DNA from: Alphaproteobacteria bacterium
GTDB lineage: Bacteria; Pseudomonadota; Alphaproteobacteria; UBA828
NCBI GenBank assembly: GCA_965221125.1
Contig: CBDCRW010000006.1
Coordinates: forward strand, 736,001-800,000
Reading direction: 5' to 3'
DNA: 64,000 nucleotides
Part shown: piece after piece, positions 32,399-41,916 of the stretch
How positions within the stretch are numbered: position 1 is the first letter of the stretch
Layout of the letters: each line of letters begins with the position of its first letter
Notes under the pieces: generated by a model
What the model saw: the letters and a program-made list of their open reading frames with translations, nothing else
The model's database searches: none
What the model was told of the DNA's origin: nothing
Program-made: the position numbers and the translations under genes

Positions 32399-32626
32399 TG
32401 CCCGGAGCCGGCGACACGTCGATGCCTAGCTGTCAATCGGCTTTGAAGATTGACCCCCTATCGGCGTGCAAAATTGACCCCCCTGAGAGGCACGGCGGAG
32501 GTTGTCCCGGTAGCCAATAGGGGGGACCCGCGCGGCTTCGTGTAGCGTCTCACGCTACGCGAAGCCGCGTGGGGGGGTCCTGTTGGCCCACCGGGGCAAC
32601 CGGGCCGCAGTGACTCCGATGCTGGT

Positions 32627-33355
32627 TCAGGAGCGGTTTTTGAAGCGCCAGCTCTCGTTTCCGGTCTCGATGATCTCGCAGTGATGGGTGAGACGATCGA
32701 GGAGCGCCGTGGTCATCTTTGGGTCGCCGAAGACGGAGGGCCACTCGCCGAAGGCGAGGTTGGTGGTGATGACGGTTGATGTCCTCTCGTAGAGCCGGCT
32801 CATGAGGTGGAAGAGGAGCTGCCCGCCGGCCTGGGCGAAGGGCAGGTATCCGAGCTCGTCGAGGATGACGAAGTCGCGGCGGGCGAGCTGCTCTGCGGTG
32901 CGGCCCTGGCGGCCTGCGCGGAGCTCGGCCTCGAGGTGGTTGACCAGGTCGACGACGTTGTAGCACCGGCCCCGGGCGCCCTTTCGGATGCAGGAGCGCG
33001 TGACGGCGACGGCGAGATGGGTCTTGCCGGTGCCGGTTCCGCCGACGAGCACGATGTTGCGCTGGCCTTCGAGGAAGCCGCCCGTGGCGAGCTCCTGGAT
33101 CAGGGGCTCGTTGACGGGCGAGGCGGCGAAGTCGAAGTCGGCCAGCTCCTTGGCCGTCGGCAGCTTGGCGCTCTTCATCTGGTACTTGATCGAGCGTGCC
33201 TTCTTGTCGGCGATCTCGGCCTGGAGCAGCGTGCCGATGATCTGCTGCACCGGGTGACGGCGCTTGAGCCCGTCGGCAAGGATGTCGTCGTAGACGGCGC
33301 GCATGCCCGCGAGCTTGAGCGCCGTCATCATCTCGAGGACGTCATGGCGCTCCAT
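32627..33355 (-). CDS. istB: IS21 helper ATPase
   Basis: [34 protein letters not shown]. Confidence 0.95.
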   Translation of the reverse strand: MERHDVLEMMTALKLAGMRAVYDDILADGLKRRHPVQQIIGTLLQAEIADKKARSIKYQMKSAKLPTAKELADFDFAASPVNEPLIQELATGGFLEGQRNIVLVGGTGTGKTHLAVAVTRSCIRKGARGRCYNVVDLVNHLEAELRAGRQGRTAEQLARRDFVILDELGYLPFAQAGGQLLFHLMSRLYERTSTVITTNLAFGEWPSVFGDPKMTTALLDRLTHHCEIIETGNESWRFKNRS

Positions 33356-34856
33356 GACCGGCCTCCCTCAGGCTGTCGTAGCGCTGACAGTCGGCCACCG
33401 GCTGGTGGCGGAGCTGCAGGCCCTCGGGCGTCGGGATGGTTGCCGCCGGCGCCGGCTGGCGCTGACGGGCGAGGATGTTGAGCACCACATCCGCGCTGCA
33501 GGCGCCGCAGTCGAGCGCTTCGGCGCAGGCCGCCTCGACCGCTTCCAGCCCGTCCTCCTGAACGGTAGCCAGGATTCTGACGAACTGGCGGTCGCCGTCG
33601 TCACGGCTCGCGAGCCGGGTCCGCATGCGGCCGAGGGCATTGGGCAGCCGCCAGCCCTTGAAGGGGGCACCGTTCCGAAGCGCGCCGGGCTTGCGCTCCA
33701 GGATCGGCACGTAGTGCCACGGGTCGTAGGCGATCTCGCCGCGCCCGAAGCTGCGGGGATGCTCGGCGACGATCTCGCCATCCTGGCGGATGACGATCCG
33801 ATCGGCGTAGGCCCGCACATCCACCGGCCGCCCGACCGCACGAGCGGCAACGCTGTACTGGTTGTTGTCGAAGCGCACCAGGCAGGTCTTCGACACCGAC
33901 GCCTCGGTGGCGTGGAAGCCGTCGAAAGGGCCGCGCCAGGCTATCAGGAAGGGCTGCTCCTCCTCGAACACTTGCCACACCGTCTTGCCCGGGATCGTCG
34001 GGTGCGGATGTTTCTTGGCCTCCTCGATGCATCGGTCCATCAACCACGCGTTGATCTCGGCGTATGAGCGGCCTCGAGGGATAGGCACGAACAGGCGGCC
34101 ACGGACGTCGCCCACCTGCTTCTCCACCTGCCCCTTCTCCCAGCCCGCGCCTGGCGTGCATGCCACGGGCTCCACCAGGTGGTGGGAGCACATCTCCTGG
34201 AAGCGGCGGTTGTAATCCCGCTTCTTGCCGGTGAAGACCGTGGTCACGGCCGTCTTCATGTTGTCGTAGATGCCCCGCCGGCAGACCCCGCCGAAGAAGC
34301 GGAAGGAGCGCTCGTGCGCCTCAAAGACCATCTCCTGGCCCTCGCGCGGAAAGATCTGGACCAGACGCATGCGGCTGTAGCAGAGCCGCATCTGTGCGGC
34401 CTTCACCCGGGTCGTCGCACCCGCCAGACGCGCGTACTCGTGGCTCCAGTCGAACTGGTAGGCCTCGCCCGGGTCGAAGCTCAGCGGCACGTAGGCCTGT
34501 GACGGCGACAACAGCCGGCGCCGCCGACGCCACGCCCTGGCGTAGCGACGAACCGCGTCATAGCCGCCCTCATAGCCCTGAGCCGCGAGGTCCTCGTAAA
34601 TCCGCAGCAAAGACAGCCGCAGTCGGCGTGGCGTCCTCTCGTTGGCCTCCAGCCGGCGCTCCAGCTCGTCCACCCACGGCCCAAGCTTCGGCAGCGGCTG
34701 GATCTTGCGCTCGTAGGTGTGCGAGGTCGCATCGCCCCGCACCACCTTGCGTATCGTGTTCTTCGAAACCCTCAAATCACGGGCCAGCTTCTTGATCGGA
34801 ACGCCCTTCACCAGATGATCCCGACGGATCCGCGCAATCGTCTCCACAACAAGCAT
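33342..34856 (-). CDS. istA: IS21 transposase
   Basis: [31 protein letters not shown]. Confidence 0.95.
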   Translation of the reverse strand: MLVVETIARIRRDHLVKGVPIKKLARDLRVSKNTIRKVVRGDATSHTYERKIQPLPKLGPWVDELERRLEANERTPRRLRLSLLRIYEDLAAQGYEGGYDAVRRYARAWRRRRRLLSPSQAYVPLSFDPGEAYQFDWSHEYARLAGATTRVKAAQMRLCYSRMRLVQIFPREGQEMVFEAHERSFRFFGGVCRRGIYDNMKTAVTTVFTGKKRDYNRRFQEMCSHHLVEPVACTPGAGWEKGQVEKQVGDVRGRLFVPIPRGRSYAEINAWLMDRCIEEAKKHPHPTIPGKTVWQVFEEEQPFLIAWRGPFDGFHATEASVSKTCLVRFDNNQYSVAARAVGRPVDVRAYADRIVIRQDGEIVAEHPRSFGRGEIAYDPWHYVPILERKPGALRNGAPFKGWRLPNALGRMRTRLASRDDGDRQFVRILATVQEDGLEAVEAACAEALDCGACSADVVLNILARQRQPAPAATIPTPEGLQLRHQPVADCQRYDSLREAGHGAP

Positions 34857-35564
34857 CTCCCCCTCGCCCCGTCCGTCCAACGACGGGGCGTGTTCATGGA
34901 CACAATCCATGGGGGGTCAATTTTGGACGCCGATCACCCCCAATAGGGGGTCACTTTTCCACGCCTAACAACACTCCTTGTTCCTTTACACTGCGCGGCC
35001 GTCCCGACCTTAGATGCCTTGGCGCCGCTCTTGCCTTCCAACTTCCGGCTCAGGTATCGCAAGCGCAAGCTTGTGCAGGCGTGCAGCGGACAACTCACCA
35101 AACCGGGGTGCTCAACAGGACGGCTTCGAGCATCGCTGCTTGGCCGTTGAGGGTGACGCGGTGAGGTCGGCCGGGAGCGGGCCGGAGGCAGGGCCAGTGC
35201 GTTCTCGCCATTACACGGTGAGGCGCCGGTCGACCGTCTGGAGCCGGCCGCAGGAGCGGCGAGAGGCAGGGGAGCGGTCCATGATGGGGCGGCGGTCTCA
35301 ACTTGATCGGACGACGTGGACAAGAGGGATCCGAACCACGGCGGAGAGCAAGCATGGGGCGTTGATACATTCGCAGCGACGGTCCCGATGCATTGCAGAC
35401 CTTCCTGGCCGATCCGGCCGAACGTTGGAAGACTGGCTATTCTGCCAAGACCCTGGCTCATTCCTGGGGGGTGATCGACTCCCCGACGAGGTTGCTTCGC
35501 TGATCGGAACCATTCCACGGTACAAGAGCGAAAAGCCTGAGTCGCTTATGGCCATGCACGAGTC

Positions 35565-35672
35565 ATGCCGAGCTGGCCGCCCGGCTCCGCTACGCTTCGC
35601 CGGCCACCCAGTTTGGTCGAGAAACCGTCGATGCACTAACATTCTACTCGCACCAGTCGACGGGGGCAGGTC
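35565..35672 (+). mobile_element. Remnant right end of an IS3-family element
   Basis: Encodes MPSWPPGSATLRRPPSLVEKPSMH*, resembling alphaproteobacterial IS3 OrfB C-termini as I recall them, followed by an IR-like ...GGGGGCAGGTC. Confidence 0.55.
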
Positions 35673-35699
35673 GGGTCACCAGCGACGCATTGACGGAGG

Positions 35700-36422
35700 T
35701 TGCCCGTGGGTGGCGTTCTCGTTCTCGGCCTTCTGGTCGGCATGCGGCATGCGCTTGAAGCTGACCATGTCGCCGCCGTCGCCGCGCTGACTGCGCGCAG
35801 CCGGGGTCTGCTGAGCGCCCTTCGCCTCGGTGCGGCCTGGGGGCTGGGGCACACGCTGACGCTCTTCGCTGCAGGCACCGTGGTGCTCTCGCTCGACGGC
35901 GTCATGCCCGAGCGCATCGCGCACCTCTTCGAGTTTGCCGTCGGCATCATGCTGGTGCTGCTGGGAGCTGACCTTCTGCGGCGCCTGATCGCCGCGCGCG
36001 TTCATTTCCACATCCACCGCCACGGCAACGGCACGACCCACTTTCATGCCCACAGCCACGCCGGCGAGGTCGATCACGCCGGATCGCGCCATGACCACGT
36101 GCACGTGCGGGGGCTGCCCTTGCGTGCACTGGCAGTCGGGTTGATGCATGGTCTCGCGGGGTCTGCGGCGCTGATCCTGCTGACGGCAGGGCAGATCGAC
36201 TCGCTTCTTTGGGCGCTCGCATACCTTGCGCTCTTCGGCATCGGCTCGATGATCGGCATGGCCGCACTCTCGGTGGTCATCGCGTTTCCGCTGCAACGGA
36301 TGGCGCTCAGCCTATCCTGGGCGCACAACGCGCTGGGCGCCGCTGTCGGGCTTGGCACCATCGGTCTCGGCGCCTGGATTGCCTTCCGGATTGGCGTCGT
36401 CGAAGGGCTGACGCTTGGCTAG
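35700..36422 (+). CDS. UreH/NiCoT-like nickel/cobalt transporter
   Basis: GMRHALEADH, WGLGH, His-rich loop HFHIHRH...HFHAHSH, GLMHGLAGSA. Confidence 0.85.
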   Translation: MPVGGVLVLGLLVGMRHALEADHVAAVAALTARSRGLLSALRLGAAWGLGHTLTLFAAGTVVLSLDGVMPERIAHLFEFAVGIMLVLLGADLLRRLIAARVHFHIHRHGNGTTHFHAHSHAGEVDHAGSRHDHVHVRGLPLRALAVGLMHGLAGSAALILLTAGQIDSLLWALAYLALFGIGSMIGMAALSVVIAFPLQRMALSLSWAHNALGAAVGLGTIGLGAWIAFRIGVVEGLTLG

Positions 36423-36429
36423 CTAGCGC

Positions 36430-36543
36430 ATGGTGATCGAGAAGCCAGACGGAACGAAGGTCTTGATTGTCGCGAGTGAAGCGAATGCCGAAGCCGAGCA
36501 CGATGACATCGACGCCATGATCGAGAAGGTGCCAGATCCATGA
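36430..36543 (+). pseudogene. Fragment of a small gene translationally coupled to the integrase remnant
   Basis: MVIEKPDGTKVLIV...DDIDAMIEKVPDP*; ATGA overlap with 36540. Confidence 0.35.
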
Positions 36544-36938
36544 AGCGCCGAAAGAACCCCTTTCCGGGTGTCAACACCGTGGAGGACCGCCACGGCAAGC
36601 TGCGGTATCGGCTCCGCCGCACGATCAGAGGCCGCACCGTCGACACCTACGTGCCCGGCCCCTACGGCTCGCCCGAGTTTCGGGCCGCATACGAGGAAGC
36701 GTGTGAAGGCGCGCGGCTGGCGGAGCACGGCGCGACCGAATGGGAGGTCATGGCCTTCCTCGCGCACCGCACCGCGAAGGAGGCAAGCCGGTACACGGCG
36801 GCCGCGAACCGGGCGAAGCTGACCACCACTGGCATGGCGAAGCTGGGGGCGGAACCGGACAGGTTTTGTCCAACCCTTCCGAAAGGTTGGACAAACAGAG
36901 ATTCTAACCATGTGAAATATAAAGAGAAACGAGAATGA
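36540..36938 (+). pseudogene. Internally deleted tyrosine integrase
   Basis: N-terminus DRHGKLRYRLRR...PGPYGSPEFRAAY fused in frame to C-terminus RLAEHGATEWEVMAFLAH...SRYT; core missing; ends at the att site. Confidence 0.75.
36865..36895. repeat. Inverted repeat near att (possible arm site or terminator of the older element)
   Basis: TTTGTCCAACC-N9-GGTTGGACAAA, perfect 11-bp arms. Confidence 0.6.
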
Positions 36939-36939
36939 A

Positions 36940-36954
36940 TGGTGACCCCTACGG
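36940..36954. repeat. att core: copy of the tRNA-Glu 3' end
   Basis: TGGTGACCCCTACGG identical to 53496-53510. Confidence 0.92.
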
Positions 36955-37095
36955 TAACCATTCCAAGACTGCGTAAGACCGTATTGTACTTCTAACACTT
37001 TGTAATACCGTATAAACGTCGAGACGATGCGTCTCGGGTTGTCTTATTCTGTCGCATAGGTTATTACTTGAAAAGTCATAACTGGAGTCGCCGCC

Positions 37096-38283
37096 ATGGG
37101 TACGGAATGGAAGCCGGGACAGAAAAAGCCGGGAAGGCCCAAGACGCTTAGCGCCGCATTCGTTCGGACTGTAACCGCACCGGGGCGGTATGGCGACGGC
37201 CGGGGCGGGCACGGCCTGTCCCTGCTAGTCAAGCCCATGCGCAACGGCCGCACGTCGCGCTCGTGGGCACAGCGCATCATCATCAACGGCAAGGTGGCCA
37301 ACATTGGTCTCGGCGCCTATCCGGTGTTGGGCTTGGCCGACGCACGGGCCAAGGCGCTGGCCAATGCGCGGGAGGTTGCGGCCGGGCGCGACCCGCGCGG
37401 CAGTGGCATCCCCACCTTTGCCGAGGCGTCCGAGAAAGTCATCAAGCTGCATGAGCCGAAGTGGAAGAACGGCACGCGCACCGCTGCAACGTGGCGCCAG
37501 TCACTCAAGGACCATGCCGGACCGCAGTTAGGCAAGCGCCGGGTAGACGAGATTACCGTGGCGCATGTGCTGGCCGCGCTCACACCAATCTGGCACGAGA
37601 AACGCGAGGTCAGCCGCAAGGTGCGGCAACGCATTTCAACGGTGATGAAATGGGCCGTGGCGCAAGGTTACCGGCAGGATGACCCGGCCGGGCCGGCCAT
37701 CAACGCAGCCCTGCCACGCGGCGCCACCAATGGCAAGCATCACCGCGCGCTGCCCTACCGGGATGTGGCCCCGGCACTGGCAACCGTGGACGCCTCGGGC
37801 GCATGGGATGCAACCAAGCTGTGCATCCGCATGGTGGCGCTGACTGCCGTGCGCAGCATCGAGGCGCGGGGCGCCACGTGGGATGAGTTCGACCTGGAGG
37901 CGCGCGAGTGGCGCATACCTGCCAGCCGCATGAAAACCGGCATCGAGCACCGCGTGCCATTGAGCGCTGCGACCATGCAAGTGCTTGAGCAGGCCAAGGC
38001 GGCATACGGCGGCGACGGCCTTGTGTTCCCTGCGCAAAGCGGCCGGCCGTTGTCCGACAACACCCTGTCCAAGCTGTTCCGCACGAACGGCATCAACAGC
38101 ACCATCCACGGGCTGCGCTCCTCATTTCGCGACTGGTGCGCCGAAACGGGCCAGCCTCGCGAGATCGCCGAGGCGGCTCTGGCGCACATGGTAGGGGGTG
38201 TTGAAGGCGCCTATTTTCGCTCGGATTTGTTCGATCGCCGCCGTAAATTGATGCAGGAATGGGCCGACTACTTGAACACTTGA
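37096..38283 (+). CDS. P4-like tyrosine integrase, intact
   Basis: GRYGDG..GLSL arm domain, GLGAYP, LTAVRSIE, HRVPLS, IHGLRSSFRDW, LAH, AYFRSD. Confidence 0.95.
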   Translation: MGTEWKPGQKKPGRPKTLSAAFVRTVTAPGRYGDGRGGHGLSLLVKPMRNGRTSRSWAQRIIINGKVANIGLGAYPVLGLADARAKALANAREVAAGRDPRGSGIPTFAEASEKVIKLHEPKWKNGTRTAATWRQSLKDHAGPQLGKRRVDEITVAHVLAALTPIWHEKREVSRKVRQRISTVMKWAVAQGYRQDDPAGPAINAALPRGATNGKHHRALPYRDVAPALATVDASGAWDATKLCIRMVALTAVRSIEARGATWDEFDLEAREWRIPASRMKTGIEHRVPLSAATMQVLEQAKAAYGGDGLVFPAQSGRPLSDNTLSKLFRTNGINSTIHGLRSSFRDWCAETGQPREIAEAALAHMVGGVEGAYFRSDLFDRRRKLMQEWADYLNT

Positions 38284-38423
38284 CCGTCAAAAGACCGCAT
38301 TGTAAATTACAAGACGATCACGTTATCTCCTGGCCGGGGTGGAGACTCTAAGCCCGGCGACCTCCCGAGACGGGAGACCGACGCGCCCGAGATGGGCAAA
38401 ATCCCCGTCCACCAAGGGAGGTC

Positions 38424-38618
38424 ATGATGACCCAGCCCGCACCGCAGTTTCTCCGCCTGCCGCAAGTCATGGCGCGCATCGGCTTGAGCAAGCCGAGCAT
38501 CTACAGGTTGATGAAGGCCGGCCAGTTCCCGAAGCCCGTGAAGCTCGGCAGTCGCGCATCCGGCTGGCGCGTTGACGAGTTGGACGAGTGGGCCAAGTCG
38601 CGCCCCCGTGCAGCCTGA
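38424..38618 (+). CDS. alpA: AlpA-family regulator/excisionase
   Basis: FLRLPQV..RIGLSKPSIYRLMKAGQFPKPVKLGSRASGW. Confidence 0.92.
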   Translation: MMTQPAPQFLRLPQVMARIGLSKPSIYRLMKAGQFPKPVKLGSRASGWRVDELDEWAKSRPRAA

Positions 38619-38620
38619 CC

Positions 38621-40474
38621 ATGCCGGGCGCCTTGGAGGCGCTGGCCGAGGCTGGCGCGCATTTCGTTCTGTGCAGGACGGACAAGCGGCCCCGAACGAA
38701 AGCTTGGCAGAAGACCCCGGCGGCGCTCGAAGCGGCCCGGCGGCACGAGGGGCCGGTCGGAGTGGTGCCAGCCTCGCTCGGCTGCATCGTGGTGGACGTG
38801 GACCAGGGGGGCGAGGCGGCGGTCGATGGCGTGATAAGGGCGCTCGGCCAGCCGCTGGCCCGCGTTCCCACGCGGCGCGAAGGTGGCGAGCACCTTTGGT
38901 ATCAGTGCCGCGACGCCGAAGAGGTCGGAAACCGCGCGTGGCGGCACGGCGACATTCGCGGCGGCCGGGGCTATGTGATCCTGTGGGACGCGGAGAGCGT
39001 CGCTGAGGGACTGGCCGACACCTCGCGCCCCTTGGCCGACCTCAACCTTGCGGACCTTGCCCAGCTCCCGCCCAAGGCGAACGGCGGGGTGGAGGGAGAG
39101 CGCAACGATACACTGAATCGGCGCGTCTATCTGGCCACGCGCAACGGCGCGCCCATCGAGCCGCACGTGGCGGCCGCGCGTGAGGCCGGGCTATCGGAGC
39201 GAGAGATTCAGGCCACGGCCGAGAGCGCCAAGAAGGCTGCTAAGCGCGACGGCGCGCGGGTGTTCATTGAGAATGCTCGCACCCCGGCCGGCCTCGCGGC
39301 GGCGTTCGACGCGGCAGGCGTCGGACTGCGGCTCAACTCTCGGGCCAAGCGCTACGAGTACCGGATCGACGGCGTCTGGGTGAATGCCCGCGACGAGGAA
39401 AGTGCGGATTTGTGCCGGACGCTATTCCCGAACACATGCAGCGCCAAGAAAGGGGAGAGCGTAGGCCCGCTGACGTATGGCAAGGACCTCTTCCTTGAGC
39501 TGCGTGCCGCGTTGGGAAGCCGGCGGGAGGTGGACCCGTTCCTGGCATGGGTGGAGGCGTTGCCCGAGTGGGACGGCCATCCTCGCATCGACAGCCTGCT
39601 AACGGCCATGTTCGGTGCCGAGGACGACGAGCTGTCCAGGTGGGGCGGCCGCTACATCAGCCTCGGCGCGATCCAGCGCGCCTATGAGCCGGGGTGCAAG
39701 CTCGACGAAATACCTGTGCTTCTCGGCGCCCAAGGGTGCGGTAAATCAGCCTTCGTCCGTGAATGGTTCACCGACGACCAGCACGAGTGGCACGGCGACG
39801 GCCTAGACCTTTCCGCCAAGGCAAAGGAACAAGCTGAACAAATGGCCGGCCGGGTGGTGGTCGAGTTGAGCGAGCTGGCCGGCATGCGCCGCGCCGAAAT
39901 CGAGCGCCTCAAATCTTTCATCACGCGCCGCGACGACGGCCAGTTCCGCTGGGCGTACAAAAGAGCCACCGAGACAAGTCCAAGGCGCTGCGTGCTCGTG
40001 GGCACGACGAACGACGGCGCCTGTCTCCCCGACGATCCTTCTGGCAACCGGCGCTTCGTCGTTGTCGAACTGCGGCATGGCTGTGATGTTCAAGCGGCCG
40101 CGTCCGAACGGGAGCAATGGTGGGCCGAGGCGCTGGCCCGTTACCGGCAGGGCGAGCGGGCCAACCTGCCTCGTGAGCTAATGCCCAAGGCGGCCGAGAG
40201 GGCGGAAGAGCACCGCGCGAGCGACGCCATGGAGGATGAAGTGCGGGAGGCGTTGGCCTGCTTGACCGACAAAAGTCCGGAGGGATTTACGATGAGCGAC
40301 TTGCACCAGGAAGTGGCCGGGGTGGGGTCGAGACCCGCAAGCAAGCTCGACCAGATGCGCTACGCGAGGGCGCTGCAACATCTCAAGTTTTCCAAGCAAC
40401 GAGTGCGGCGCGGCGGCGAGCGATTGATGCTGTGGGTCGGGCCACCCCCGCCGGTGCAGGAGGAGCCATTTTGA
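38621..40474 (+). CDS. Primase-polymerase-like N-terminus fused to VapE/VirE-type helicase
   Basis: IVVDVD, GGEHLWY, DIRGGRGYVI, GERNDTL; C-terminal LLGAQGCGKS, ELSEL, GTTND, GNRRF. Confidence 0.85.
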   Translation: MPGALEALAEAGAHFVLCRTDKRPRTKAWQKTPAALEAARRHEGPVGVVPASLGCIVVDVDQGGEAAVDGVIRALGQPLARVPTRREGGEHLWYQCRDAEEVGNRAWRHGDIRGGRGYVILWDAESVAEGLADTSRPLADLNLADLAQLPPKANGGVEGERNDTLNRRVYLATRNGAPIEPHVAAAREAGLSEREIQATAESAKKAAKRDGARVFIENARTPAGLAAAFDAAGVGLRLNSRAKRYEYRIDGVWVNARDEESADLCRTLFPNTCSAKKGESVGPLTYGKDLFLELRAALGSRREVDPFLAWVEALPEWDGHPRIDSLLTAMFGAEDDELSRWGGRYISLGAIQRAYEPGCKLDEIPVLLGAQGCGKSAFVREWFTDDQHEWHGDGLDLSAKAKEQAEQMAGRVVVELSELAGMRRAEIERLKSFITRRDDGQFRWAYKRATETSPRRCVLVGTTNDGACLPDDPSGNRRFVVVELRHGCDVQAAASEREQWWAEALARYRQGERANLPRELMPKAAERAEEHRASDAMEDEVREALACLTDKSPEGFTMSDLHQEVAGVGSRPASKLDQMRYARALQHLKFSKQRVRRGGERLMLWVGPPPPVQEEPF

Positions 40475-40480
40475 GGCTTC

Positions 40481-40571
40481 TGGCCACACCCGGCCACACC
40501 TCTACCTGCGTAGGGGTACTTTACGGGTGTAACGGTGTTTAGTGCAGGGGGAGGTGTGGCCAGTGTGGCCA
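40481..40571. repeat. Inverted iteron pairs, candidate replication origin
   Basis: GGCCACAC x2 ... GTGTGGCC x2 within ~28-bp imperfect inverted arms directly after the primase stop. Confidence 0.6.
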
Positions 40572-40612
40572 CGGCGCGTTCAACTGGCACAACAGAGGAA
40601 GGAGAACGAGGC

Positions 40613-40861
40613 ATGTTCGACGACGAAAACGAGGCGGCGCTGGTGTTCGCGGCGCAACTGGTGGCGGAGCTCTTGCGGACCTGCGGGATCAGCGAGCAAC
40701 GCACGAACGAGTGCGCGGCGGCGGCGATGGGGCGCATGTTCGCGGCCGAGCAGGGGGACGAGGAGGCCACGCGCACCGTCGCGGCGAACACAAGCGTCTG
40801 CGTGGCCCAGGTGCGGCAGGTGATCGACGCCCGCGCGGCGAAGGCCGCCAGCATCAACTAG
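40613..40861 (+). CDS. Hypothetical protein (82 aa)
   Basis: ATG after AGGAG RBS; satellite core position. Confidence 0.55.
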   Translation: MFDDENEAALVFAAQLVAELLRTCGISEQRTNECAAAAMGRMFAAEQGDEEATRTVAANTSVCVAQVRQVIDARAAKAASIN

Positions 40862-40870
40862 GAGGAAACG

Positions 40871-41050
40871 ATGGTTAGACTGAGCGTGAACATGCCGATG
40901 GACGTTGCCGAGAGTGGCGACGTTGTGACGGTAACGGTGGAGAGCGGGACGGGGGGCCAGGCCGTGGTCGAACTGCAGAAGGTGATGGACGCCGTGGCGA
41001 AGGCGCGCGACAACGGCAGGCTGACGGTGCCCGATGCTCCACGCGAATGA
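40871..41050 (+). CDS. Hypothetical protein (59 aa)
   Basis: GGAGG RBS; MVRLSVNMPMDVAESGDVVTVTVESG...; below the ORF track cutoff. Confidence 0.55.
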   Translation: MVRLSVNMPMDVAESGDVVTVTVESGTGGQAVVELQKVMDAVAKARDNGRLTVPDAPRE

Positions 41051-41916
41051 CGTACGAGAGGGGGCGTTATGCTATGCACCTAACGCATGACATGCCCCCT
41101 TTATGGCACCGCCGGCCCGCTCTAAGGGGGCGTCCAGCGTCGGCGGTTCCTGTTGAGTGCACATCGATGAGGCAAAATAGGCCGAATTCGGCCCCTTCAG
41201 CCATACCAAAGGTGCATGGCGCATGACCGATTTGCGGCGCTTCCAGCGGGATTTCATTCGCGCCGCAATGGCGCCGGGGGTGGATACGGCCGCGTTATCC
41301 ATCCCGCGCGGCAACGGCAAGAGCTTCCTGGCGGCGCACCTCCTAACGCGCGTGATGACCGAAATAGACCCGTTATTCACGCCCGGAACTGAGAGTGTTT
41401 TGTGCGCGGCTTCTATCGAACAAGCGCGAATTGTTTTCAGATTCATGCGCGCTGCGCTGGAGCACGACGATAGCTATAAGCTGGTGGACAGCGCCAACCG
41501 TATCGGGGTGGTTCACAAGCCGACGAATACGCGCTTGCGCATCATCGGCTCAAGCGGGCGCACTGCAATGGGTCTGGTCAATACCCCTTGGGCGGTGTGC
41601 GATGAGCCCGGCAGTTGGGAAACGCTCGGCGGGCAGTTGATGCACGACGCCATACAGACGGCGCAGGGTAAGCCCGGCTCGCCGTTGAGAGCGGTTTATA
41701 TCGGCACTCTGGCGCCGGCTATGAGCGGCTGGTGGCACGATATGATCGCGGATGGCACCCGCGCCACAACCTACGTCCAAGCGCTCCAAGGCGACCCCGA
41801 GCGGTGGGACAACTGGCATGAGATACGGCGATGCAACCCGCTGGTCTCGGTGTCGCCCGAGTTTCGCCGCAAGCTGCTACAGGAGCGGGACGACGCGCGG
41901 CGGGATAGCCGCTTAA

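Larger units (their letters stand above)
32431..34973 (-). mobile_element. IS21-family insertion sequence
   Basis: TG...CA ends with imperfect IRs (TGTCAATCGGCTTTGAAGATTGACCCCCTAT / TGTTGTTAGGCGTGGAAAAGTGACCCCCTAT) and repeated TGACCCCC boxes; istA-istB inside; no target duplication seen. Confidence 0.92.

Noticed and set aside
32521-32580. Long hairpin downstream of istB
   Set aside because: Internal to IS21 and most simply a terminator-like end structure.
34944-34954. GTGACCCCCTA on the minus strand resembling the att core
   Set aside because: It is part of the IS21 terminal repeat, in the opposite orientation and not identical.
35130-35360. Possible structured RNA or IS non-coding end
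   Set aside because: I could not assign a family or a convincing fold by eye.
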